Of a stretch of 64,000 bases of DNA, positions 15,235 through 28,001 are shown piece after piece; within the stretch, counting starts at the first letter, position 1; every line of letters starts with the position of its first letter. Origin of the DNA: Chrysomallon squamiferum (taxonomy: Eukaryota; Animalia; Mollusca). A program made the translations under genes and the position numbers. Location of the stretch: assembly GCA_012295275.1 (NCBI GenBank), contig CM022671.1:17112001-17176000 (forward strand), in the 5' to 3' direction. The notes under the pieces were generated by a model. It made no database searches. It was not told where the DNA came from and was given only the letters and a program-made list of their open reading frames with translations.

Positions 15235-15789
15235 GTGTATGTATTGATGCATGTATTTACATGTATATGCATTTATGTTTATACACACACACACACATCA
15301 ATATGTATTTGCATATATATGTGTGTGTGTGTGTTTGTGTATAAACATGTACGTCCGTATGTATGCATGTATGTATGTAAAGGTATATCTGTTCTGTTTA
15401 TACGTAGTTGTGTGAGTGTGTATGTACATATTATGCATGCATCTATTTGCATATCAATACATATTTTGTTCAACAACAATAATAGTAATAATAGTAATAA
15501 TAGTATGTATATGTATAAGACGTATAAAATGACACGTCGATTAACACAGCTAACTCGTATCACGATTTACTTCTAACAGAAACAACAACAGATTTAATAA
15601 ACTGGCAATTAAACAACTCATGTAAGTAAGTAAGTAAGTCAGTACCCGCTTGTCTAGAAAAGGTAACAAAGAACACAACACATAAAATATTTATAGCATT
15701 TTAAAACGAAGGCATCAGATATTCTTTTTACAAGAATCTTTTATCATCATCTACGACATCATTACTCCCAGCCAGTGGCCAAATGATCT

Positions 15790-16500
15790 GTTTGTGACTG
15801 CTGTGATTAGCATTCATTCGCTTGTGACTATTATTTGTTAGTGACACTTCTCATCTGCTAGTGACTGCCACAGTTGGTTAGTGACTTGCATCATTTATAG
15901 TGACATGATCTATATTATTGACTCTTATGGTTGTTAATGACTGATATAGATGTTATAAATTGCTAAGGTATGTTAGTGACTATAATTTGTTAATGGCGCC
16001 TATAATTAGTTAGTGACTATGATTTGTTAATGAATGTTATAATTCATCAAATACTACTATGATCTGTTAGTGAATGCCATAATTTATTACTGATTGAGAT
16101 AATTAGTTAGTGATGGCTATAATTTGTTAGTGACTGCTATCATTTGCTAGTGATTCTATAATTTATTAGTGACTGCTATAATTTGTTAGTGATTGCTATA
16201 ATTCGTTAGTGACTGCTATAATTTGTTAGTGAGTGCTATAAGTTGTTAGTTATTGACTAATGTAATTCGTTAGTGACTGCTATAATTTGTTAGTGACTAT
16301 TATAATTCCTTAGTGACTGTTATAATTTGTTAGTGACTATTATAATTCGTTAGTGACTGCTATAATTTGTTAGGGACTGCTATGTTTTAGTGACTGGTAT
16401 AATTTGCTAGTGATATCTACAATTTGTTATCAATTAGTCTGATGTTAGTGAGTTCTATAATTTGTTAGTGACTAGTTTTAACTCCTGTAATGCTATAATT
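15790..16500. repeat. 20-bp minisatellite, degenerate towards the left
   Basis: Consensus tataatttgttagtgactgc, more than 20 units. Confidence 0.9.
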
Positions 16501-18201
16501 CTGTTACAGACATATACCATTTATTAATGACTTTCTACGATTTGTTGTTAGTTCTATAGCTAAGGAAAAAGTTAATGAAAAAATAAAATTGAAAAACTAA
16601 CTATTTAGATGATGATCACTATTATTAAAAAAATAAAAAACAAATATAATATTGTTTGTATCGGCAAGTTATTGCAATCACATCGTTTGCGAAACACTTT
16701 AGAAAACATTTTATTTGTCTTTCACAATATTACTTGACAAATGTTTTCAATTTGTAAACTGCCTATCTATAAAGATTCTGTAACCGATTTAAATAAAATA
16801 TATAATAAACAATAAAAGAAACAAACTAATGGCTAAACAAAAACTTGAATGATTTCGTCAGTTCTACTTTTAGATTTTTCCTAAATTACCAAGAATGTTT
16901 TCATTTGTTTCACATAATTATTATGATGTGTTAAAAAAAAGGAGAAATATGTCAATTAGACTTTAGTTATAAAAATTATTACCGCAACACCGAAAATATA
17001 ATTTTTAAAAATTATGAAAAGAAAAAGAAAAAGAGATAAAATGTTTATCATAACAGCCCATTCCTCAATACTAATTCCTCGTTATATTAATTCGACAATG
17101 TTGCTTCGTTTAAGAAATCTAGTGTAAAGTGTACTGAACTGTTCTTGATAAAAATACACTCAAACTTGGATTCCTGCCTAACAGAGAATTCATTGATGTC
17201 ACCCAGTGATGCGAGTAATTAATTACATGGCGCCACTAAAGAAAGTCATGAAACCAAAGAACGAATTGGAGCTTAAAACATTTTTCTTATTTAGGTAATA
17301 ATTTTAAAATTCATTGAACAATACAGATTTTATTTTCCTACAGCCCACCCCACACAACGAAATCACAGCAAGTTCACACGTATAAAATAAAACTAGCATT
17401 TAATAAATGATTAAATTTAAATATTTAGAACATACAAAGTCTTCGGAAACACATAGTTATAAGAACTAATTAATTGTATAAATTAATGTAGTGAAAAGGG
17501 AACAAAAATAAAAATTATTTTCCCATGTACTTTTAGTACCTATTAAGTTATAAACATTAACATACTCGTATTCAAATAAATTGACAAAAATTTCGGAACC
17601 ATGAAATAAAAATTCAGCTATACAAATTAATAAAGACTCAAATATAAACATTAATATCATCAAAAAATAATAAAATAATAATAATAAAAAAAAAAAAAAA
17701 AAAAAAAAAACCACACAAAATAACAAACAAACGGTTCCGTATATATTATAACTTTAAGATCCACGTAACTATATAATAACTAGTTATCTGTCAACAACAA
17801 CAATTATAATGTCAATAGTAAAAAACGACGTTTATCCAAATGAAAACAATCTTGAATCACTTCCGTAGTTACACGACCAATTCGCGAAAGACTAATTACG
17901 TCATGGCTTATTAGCAGCAATCACCGAATTACCTCCCTTGTTTTCTTTTATTACCTCCCCTGAGGAAAGCCTCTTCTTTCAAAGCACACTATCCAAATGT
18001 GGTAAATATCAAAACGCCTTGTCATGACAGCTGTCGATAGTTGCAGGGCAGCGTAATTTTTTAAAATCTTTTTTCGTTTTTCATCTTTATCCTCCAGATT
18101 TCAAATGAAGAGTTAGCGTAACTAGGTGACGTTATAACCAATGAATTATCAACACAAGAAAAAACAACATGGCCGACTGACATCAAAACATCCCAGCGTC
18201 A

Positions 18202-18273
18202 TCAGAGGTAGACTGGAATCCCTTCAGTAATATGTTTCGGTTTCTCCGTTGGGTAGATCATCTGTTTCACTCT
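18202..18273 (-). CDS. SLC6A4: SERT-like exon 13 (C-terminus)
   Basis: ttcag|[26 protein letters not shown], 72 nt; hydrophobic C-terminal VYL resembles a PDZ ligand. Confidence 0.85.
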   Translation of the reverse strand, partial: RVKQMIYPTEKPKHITEGIPVYL

Positions 18274-18330
<57 letters not shown>

Positions 18331-18587
18331 GATGATGATGATGATAATGGCAACAACAACAGCAATAAATACACGAAATAGTGGAAAATAGCACTGAAAA
18401 CTTATAATTCAGTTATTATAAGAAGAGTAGTAAGTGTACAAGGAATAATAATGTAGTTGCTGTAGTAAAGTAATATTAGTCTTAGTTCCTCTACTATACT
18501 ACTACTATTACTAATGGTAACAATAGCAGTACCGATCAAAATAGTTGAGCAAAGTTACAATAATAGCTGTAGTAGTCATAATATTAG

Positions 18588-18652
<65 letters not shown>

Positions 18653-18713
18653 GCAACAACAACAACAACAACATTAGTAGCATTGGTTCAAATAGCTGTA
18701 GTAGTTTTATAAT

Positions 18714-18776
<63 letters not shown>

Positions 18777-18820
18777 TCCATATCTGCTAAGAATTCAGTT
18801 TTTTAAATGAATGATTATAA

Positions 18821-18870
<50 letters not shown>

Positions 18871-19518
18871 TATATACACATACACATTGCTTGGTAGACA
18901 CTGAACTAAACAGGTGAAATTGTTTTTTTAAATGTCGCAGATACCACCAACACCACGGCCATGAACTAACTATTACTGCAAGAAGAGCAAGACAAAGAAA
19001 GAAGATTACTTCTGGAAATGATCCTCTTGTCTGGAACATGAAGTAGATGAAGTATCCCAGGATACAGATGAGCGAGGAGCAGACGATGAGCCAGCCCAGG
19101 GTCAGACACCAGATGGGGTAGGTGTACCGGCCGTAGGCTGGCTGGGGCGGGGAGATCAGGGTCATGACGAACAGAATCTGGAAAACAAGATAACAAAACA
19201 GAATGAAATTAAACAGTATGTTTATAGTGATACAGAGATATGGATCTAAAGGAACAACATCAACAAAATATTAGAGAAAAACACTTGCAAAGATAAAAAA
19301 AAAAAAAAAAAAAAAAAAAAACAGGATCTAGAGAAAAATGACAGTAATGTAGTTTTATAGTTTTAAAAAAAAACGTAAAAATATAAAGAAATTTAAAAAA
19401 AAAAAAGCATTTGCGTAATAAACTAGGATAAAGATGAATATCATCTAGAGATTATAATTGTTAATAATAATAAAACAATACAAGTTTAAACTACGATAAA
19501 GACATACACAAATCTAGT

Positions 19519-19584
<66 letters not shown>

Positions 19585-20743
19585 CATAAAGAACTAGGAT
19601 AAAGACAGCAGCTTCAGAAAAAATAAGACAACAACACAATAATGTAGGTTAAAGCCAAAGAAAATGGATGGAAACAATTACAACATATTTATGAAGGATA
19701 ATATAAAGCCTCTTAACAAATTCATCTTGTTAAGACGTAAAAATAATATCAACACTGTATAATCAATCCATCAGCACATGATGCCATTGCCCTTTTCCAC
19801 GTGCTCTCCAGAACAATGAATTGTTTCACTATCTACGTTCCAGAAAATACAAGACTGGATATGATAAGAAAGGCTTATAAAGTGACGTTATATATTATTT
19901 TTTCTTGTGTGTGAGATGTTACGTTAAAAAAGAAATCCTGCTATTTTAGGTTATTTCACCTCTATTATCCAGTTACGTTTTTGATATCAGATTGTCGTTA
20001 ATATAAAAAAAATATGTTGATTGTCATTAATATAAAAAAATATGTTGATTGTCGTTAATACAAAAAACAATATGTTGATTGTCATTAATATAAAAAAATA
20101 TGTTGATTGTCATTAATATAAAAAATATGTTGATTGTCATTAATATAAAAAAATATGTTGATTGTCATTAATATAAAAAATATGTTGATTGTCATTAATA
20201 TAAAAAATATGTTGATTGTTATTAATATATAAAAATATGTTGATTGTCATTAATATAAAAATATGGTGATGTATCTTTTAACCAAGTAAGCAATCAGTCG
20301 ATTAGTCAACCAGTCAATCAATCAATCAATCAATCAAATTCAGGCCATCAGAATTATTTCCACAACGAATCATTTATGTGCTTTTATTATGTGTGTTCAC
20401 CATACAGAAGACATTAACAGTTTACCATAAAGCAATGAAATAAAACTAACTAAATAATTAAATCCCGTTCTAAAAACGATATATTTAGAATTCAAATATA
20501 TATATATACATTTTGTTTTTCCTTTGCCTAGAATAAATGAGATTTTACTAACGTCACATTCACAAATATATTCATTTATAATAATTCTAGTGTATAAAAG
20601 ACGGTACCAGTAAGAAGATAGGACTTATAAAAGTCCACGTGATCTGCCAGAAAGGTCCCGGTGGTGATCCTAACATACACTCAATGTCTTGACTGAATCG
20701 CTTCACCCCTGAAATAATAATAATAGTAATAATAATAATAATG

Positions 20744-20783
<40 letters not shown>

Positions 20784-21359
20784 TAATAATAATAATAATA
20801 ATAATAATAGCAATAGCTGATGATAACGGTGATGATGATAATAATGATAACGATAAAGAAGATAACATTTCTGTTGTGTCGGCAATGTATTGAAATGAAT
20901 TAGCAATTATAACTGGTACCTGTTAATTCTAATATTAATAATTTTAAATTCAGCACTGTAGATCATTGCCGTTATACCTGTATGTATATTCTTTTGTATA
21001 TGTGTGTGTGTGTGTGTGTTATATAATATATTACATGTGTTGTAAGTTCTCTGGTGAGGTATTTTAATGTATCTTTGAATTAATATTCACCGTAAATCCA
21101 CGAGACTGCGGCTGCTTCGAAAAACACGACGAGAAGTATCGAGATGGGAGCTCCGTAAGTGTCAAACAGCTGAACCACGTAGATTCCTCCCTGAGAAAAA
21201 AAAAACACATTCATTAAGTACGTTATGTGTCTGCAGTATTATATACAAAAGGTACAAATTAAAATAATTTAAATGTTACAAAGAAAAGAAAATTCTCTAA
21301 GGCGTGATAGAAACGTCAATATAATCAAATACAAAATAAAACTGTAGTCAAGTAATAAT

Positions 21360-21398
<39 letters not shown>

Positions 21399-22424
21399 AA
21401 TAAATAAATAAATAAATAAAAAAAAAAAAAATATTGTAAAAGGCACAAAAGAAAAATGCAACCCAAACCAAAGACCAAAAAGACGGGAAAATAATAGAGA
21501 CTAAGTTTATTAAAATATTATAATTATTTCTCTCACTTTTCGAAATTGTAATATATAAAAGATTACCTATATATTAAGAAAATAACAAAATAATTTGATA
21601 TGTTAAAAAGATAAGACGTGAAAGGAAAGTCATTGAATTAAAATCAAGCGTATGAATAATAATGAAAAAACAATTCATGAAAAAGGTACAAAAAAAAACA
21701 CAAAGACCAGAAATCTTTAAAGAAATAAATTCCGATTACAACAAATAAATAAAGAAATAAAGAAATAAAGACAGAAGAAAAAAGAAAGTATGAAAAGCAA
21801 AACTAACAAATTAACTAATACATAAAAAAAAAAACTAAATAAAAAACGAAAAAAAGAAAAAACAAAAATCCACAAAATAATAACAAAAAACAAAAACAAA
21901 ATAAAAGCAAATAATTATATAACATAAACGAGCAGTAAAGAAATCGTGATAACAAAATAAATGGCATTCCTCTTAACCCATCCTCTCGAAATAAAATGTA
22001 AAGGGAATAACAGAGACAAAAGGCCAAACACGAAATGGAAACGTCACGTCACGAAATAAAATGTAAAGGGAATAACAGAGATGAAAGGCCAAACACGAAA
22101 TGAAAACGTTCACGTCACGTCACGAAATAAAAAGTAAAGGGAATAACAGAGATGAAAGGCCAAACACGAAACAGAAACGATCACGTCACAGTAAACTAAC
22201 GTAGGTAGTTGTTACAAGTCCTCCAACGAAACAGAAACAGATAAGTCCAGCAACAAAAAACTCTCGTCGTTTTCTTAAGACGGGGTACTCATCCAAAATG
22301 CCCGTAATGATGGCTTCCAATCCACCAAACTGTAAATAAAATTGTTCTGGAATATACATATACATACATATATAGATACATGTATACATACATACATACA
22401 TACATACATACATACATACATACA

Positions 22425-22460
<36 letters not shown>

Positions 22461-23135
22461 TATATATAAAGAGAATATTCAAAATCCTAAATATATATAA
22501 TAAACTACATTAGTGTTGCACCAGCCTACGATATTTTATTTTTTCTTCTTTTTAAAAAGGTCTTTTTACTGAAATATCATTTAATTTTCAAACTTGAATA
22601 TTGACCAAACTGTAGGATTAAAAAAAGTTAGATAGAGTTTATTATACTGAGAAAACAAGGATAAAAAAAATTAAGAGAACTTACTGTGGTATCCAGACCA
22701 AGAGTTATTAACATGAAAAAGAAGAGGATTGACCAGAATGATGATCCTTCAATTTGTGCCAGAGCTTCTGGGTAGACGACGAAGATTAACCCAACGTCTG
22801 GAGGAAAACAATTCACAAAACATCGCTAATTAAAACACAACCTCTATCAGCTTACGAAACATGATATCTATCTATCTATCTATCTATACATAGTCTAACT
22901 ATGCGTAAAATAAGAATAATCCAACATACTAGTACGCATACAGTAGTCTCGCATGCAATGATACAAATAAAAACTTGAAGAAGAAAACAGAAGTTAAAGG
23001 AAAAGAGAAAGAAAAAAAGAAAAAAAGAAAGAAAGAAAAAGGAAAGATAATCGTAATTGTTGTTTTTAATGAGTTATTTCCTAAACGTTCACAAGGATAG
23101 ATCGACTGATTAAAAGATAGACAGATATGAACAAG

Positions 23136-23186
<51 letters not shown>

Positions 23187-23627
23187 AAAAGGCAATTAGA
23201 AGGATAGATAGATAGATGTACCGGTTTTATCATTAAATACGTATTTATGAACCATATTTACGAATTCTTCATCATCATACAATTTACAAGACAAAGATTG
23301 TACTAAAGAGTGTTGAAAAATGAGTTGAAGTAACTTACCTACCCGGGCCACGGTGGAAATGTCGCGGTTCTGTCTGTGTGCCATGAAGCCCAGCACGGCA
23401 AACACAGCAAACCCTGCCAGAAAGCTGGTGAGACAGTTCACCGCACTGGTTATCAGAGCGTCTCTGAAACAAAGAGCCGGTTAAATTGTAATATTATTAT
23501 ACATGTAAATATAATACACACACACACATGCACATATAAATGCACATATAATTGAATTATAATAAGGCTATATAAATGAATGTAAATATCATTTATGTTG
23601 GGATTTTAAATATATTATAGGATGTGC

Positions 23628-23659
<32 letters not shown>

Positions 23660-23941
23660 AATGAATTTAAATATCTGTTTTTACTGTGATTTTAAATAGA
23701 TGCACATCAAATTATATTATAATAATGTTATGTTTGAATATAAATATCAGTTATATTGTGGAAATGTGCGTGTATACGGGTGCATTATTTGTCCATTAAA
23801 AAGTAAAAGATATATTTGGCTAACTATTAAAATACTATTTATGCTACTACTGCTGCTGCTGTTGCTGCTATTACTACTATAACAACAACAACTACTGCGC
23901 TACATTATTAAAATACTTCTGCTATCGCTACTATAACTGCT

Positions 23942-23982
<41 letters not shown>

Positions 23983-25792
23983 TAAATAATTCCTAGAAGA
24001 ACTAGTACAGGGATTACCTGTAACAGTTGTTACTGAATTTGTTGTAACTTGACAAAGCTAATAAAACTCCAAATCCAGGTCCCAGAGAGAAAAATATCTG
24101 TGATGCTGCATCTATCCACACCTGAACACATAAACAAATATCAGATGTTATAAGAAAACACACAATTTACTGTTCAAAGCAAATACTGTGAGATAAAACA
24201 TGGTAACGTAACATTCATTAAGATGATGATGATGACTACAGTGATGATTATGACAATGATAAAAAACGACGATCATGATAATGACGATGACGATGATAAC
24301 GATAATGAATGAATTAATGAATAAATAAAATATAAATAAATTAGAATTTATATAAATAAGAATTTTGGGAATAACAAAAAAAAAAAAACCACAAAAAAAA
24401 AAAAAAAACAACAACAACAAAAACAATAACAAAAAAGACCATAAGATTGTTATGTTTATAAAGTTATAAAAATTCATCACGTCAGTATCGACTGTTATAT
24501 ATTGTTAGTGTATAACCCCGATAACGAGTGTGATGCTCTCCATTGTAAGGAGGAAAATAAAAGAGCATGTTGTAATCAATGGCTGAGTCTTGGCGTTTAT
24601 TTTTACGACATTACAAATAATTTATTGTAAATTTATTATACAAACAGTACAGTCAGTATATAAAGAAAAATGAAAACATACGCTCTACTTAAAAATGTGT
24701 TTAGTAAGTTTTATAGAACATTATATTCAAAGCAACGAAAGTGGAAACTGTGTGTCACAAAATTCACGAGTGAAAATAATTTATTGTACAATCTATAAAG
24801 AAACATGAAAACATACGTTGACGTCTGTTAGTTTGCTGAAATTCGGACTCAGGTAATACTTGATGCCCATACTTGCTCCAGGCAGAGTTACTCCCCTTAT
24901 CAGAAGTGTCATCAGAACGACGTAGGGTAAGGTTGCAGTTATCCAAACAGCCTGAAACATAAATAATTATAATCTAACAGCCTGAAACATTAATAATTAC
25001 AATCTAACAGCCTGAAACATAAATAATTACAATCTAACAGCCTGAAACATAAATAATTACAATCTAACAGCCTGAAACACAAATAATTACAATCTAACAG
25101 CCTGAAACATAAATAATTACAATCTAACAGCCTGAAATACAAATAATTACAATCTAACAGCCTGAAATACAAATAATTACAATCTAACAGCCTGAAATAC
25201 AAATAATTACAATCTAACAGCCTGAAATACAAATAATTACAATCTAAACAGTTTGGAACATAAATAATTACTATCCAAAGAGCCTGAAATGTAAAGATTA
25301 TATTCCAAACAGCCTGAAACATAAATAATTACAATCTAACAGTTTGAAACATAAATAATTACAATCTAACAGCCTTTATACAAATAATTAGAATCCAAAC
25401 AGTCTGAAACATAAATGATTGGATATTGCAAATAATAAATGCATATGCTTGTGTGTATTGGCTTTTGAAAGTTGGTTTTCTTGACACAACTTACCAAAAA
25501 TTTGAGGTATAAAATTTTCATGTAATATTTATGTTTTCACTGCTAAATGAATTGTAATAATAATATTATAATTTTATTTATTATCGACACTAAAATAATT
25601 TTTTGGCAAACATGTTACTAATGTTTTGGGGTGCTCCTTATAGATCCATACATTTTCCTTTCGATATAATGTTGCAGCGATATCATTAATAGATAAAAAA
25701 AATAAATGAGAAAGTAAATTTATATGCAACCGTTATTCGTGTTGAATGAAATAAAACCTGTTGTTTACATACGAATATTTATATTTTAAAAG

Positions 25793-25825
<33 letters not shown>

Positions 25826-26140
25826 AAAAATAAAAATTCAAGAACACAATTTATTTTTTTTAAATACTGAACCTTTCCAGAACTTTTGATTCCCTTCCAG
25901 AGAGCGAAGTAGACGAGAATGTACACAGCCATCAAACTGAGTGCTATAGACCATTTGATTCCTCCCAGTCGAGCCATGCCTTCCGAGTACTGCAGCTCCA
26001 GAACCTCGCGTCTGAAATTTATTACAGAGTTTAATGAAAATCACTGAGTACGTGTATGAATACTGCATCTCTAAATTTCAGAGGGGAAATTTATTATATA
26101 CTTTAATGAAAATCACAGACAACAAATGGCGAAAATCGAG

Positions 26141-26171
<31 letters not shown>

Positions 26172-27093
26172 CCATCTAGTACTGGATCTTCAAAATCTGT
26201 CGTCTGAAATTAGAATGTTTTGAAGACTATCGTTAACGATAAAAGAAAAGAGACGAGTGCATATGATTATTTACCGAGTCCCGCATCTCCAAACTTCTTG
26301 TCTGAATCTTACATAATTTAGAAGACAGTCGAGTTATGTTTAATTATTAAATTTAAAATATTTCAGAGAATCACTGACAACCCCAAAAAGGCATTCGAGC
26401 ATTATATGCAATTATTTGGTGTATGTATATCATTGGATGTTTAGCGTTATGCAATGAAATGTTTGTTTTACAGTACGCTAAAGTGATTAAGGGTATGAAC
26501 CTCTTGAAACACAATATAAAAGTCTGCTGTTTTTAGTCTATCATACGTGCTTCACAACAGCTTGCTCTGATTAGCACGTTAATTTGTTTTCAAGTTCAAA
26601 TACAAGTCTATCATAATCGTACATTAACATTATTCAGTAAGGATATGTTTGCAATTCAAACTGTTGTCTGTCATCATATGTTAACATTAATCACTACGAG
26701 AATGCAGAAACTATTTTATAGAAAAGTTTTTTTTTTTTCTTTTTACCGACGCTGGGATTAAACAGAAATAAATGTGACAATGACTGAATAAAAACGAGGG
26801 CAAAATTTAAATAAAGAAGGACACAGTAACTTGGACCAAGTTTCGTAACAGACGGGCATTGATCTGAACTTGGTGTTACCGTTCTCCGATATCGCGAAAA
26901 TCCCCAGTAATTGCATCGTGCACTTCCTTGATTCGAAAGATTCTTTCATTACATTTGACTGCATTTTGATGAGCGCTCTCTTTCCATTCCCTTCCAATCT
27001 GTGTTTTTGTGAAGAACTGTGTTTAATGTATATTTTGAAACAAAATGTTTGGCGGCTGAAGAATATCTGACGTTTTATGTGATAATGTCGCTA

Positions 27094-27136
<43 letters not shown>

Positions 27137-27967
27137 CAGCAGCAATAGCAGTAGTAGTAACAATAGTTACAGTTCTTATGGTGTAGTTATAGTTCTTATG
27201 GTGATAACAACAGCAATAGTAGCAGTAGCAGCAACAGGTATAGTGGTACCAAGAATAATAATATTTCTAAATAAGACAATATATTAACTAATTGTAAATT
27301 ATATAGTTATACCTCTAAACAGCTAAATATCCGCTGCTACTAAGACTACTATTACTACAACCACAATGTTATTATAAAAATTATTGCTACTTTTTGTTGT
27401 ATAAACAGTTCTCTGCAGTTATATTTTTGCATACATTTCTTTATCAGTTGATATCTTCATAAATAAATGTCACATAAAATTATGAAATAGTTAAGGACAT
27501 GCATACATCGGTCTAAGTAACCACTCTATCTCGTGAAAAACAGAAAAATTTGTAAAATAGTTTTAAAACTGTTATTAATAGAACAAATAAAACAGTTAAA
27601 ATAATACTTAATACATTACTGGAGATGATGCAAAAAGCTGGAAATAATATGAAATACGTTATCAATGAAGAAGCAATATAAAATAATGAATGTAAAATAT
27701 TTCCTGTAAAAGCTGTGTAAAAATAAACTAAATTCGACAATAGAGAACAAACAAAAACATTAAAATAGCACTAAATACGTTATTAAAGTAATGAAAAAAG
27801 AAGAAAGACTTGGTAGAAAAAATATAATAATGATATTAACAAAAACAACGACAACAACACAAGAACAACAACAAGAATATATTATCAAAGAATTCTTCAG
27901 ATGCTGATGCTGCTAATAATAATAATAATAATAATATAATTCTAACAACGGTAATAATAAATTAATA

Positions 27968-28001
<34 letters not shown>

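Noticed and set aside
15039-15576. MYVC/HTYI-repeat ORFs (also 34818-35630)
   Set aside because: (TATG)n microsatellite translations
24990-25322. 110-aa repetitive ORF ([10 protein letters not shown])n
   Set aside because: Alternative frame of the acceptor minisatellite; not in the SERT frame
24945-25415. CRISPR-like appearance of regular 30-bp repeats (also 19985-20270 and 15790-16500)
   Set aside because: Head-to-tail units without unique spacers, no cas genes, eukaryotic intron context
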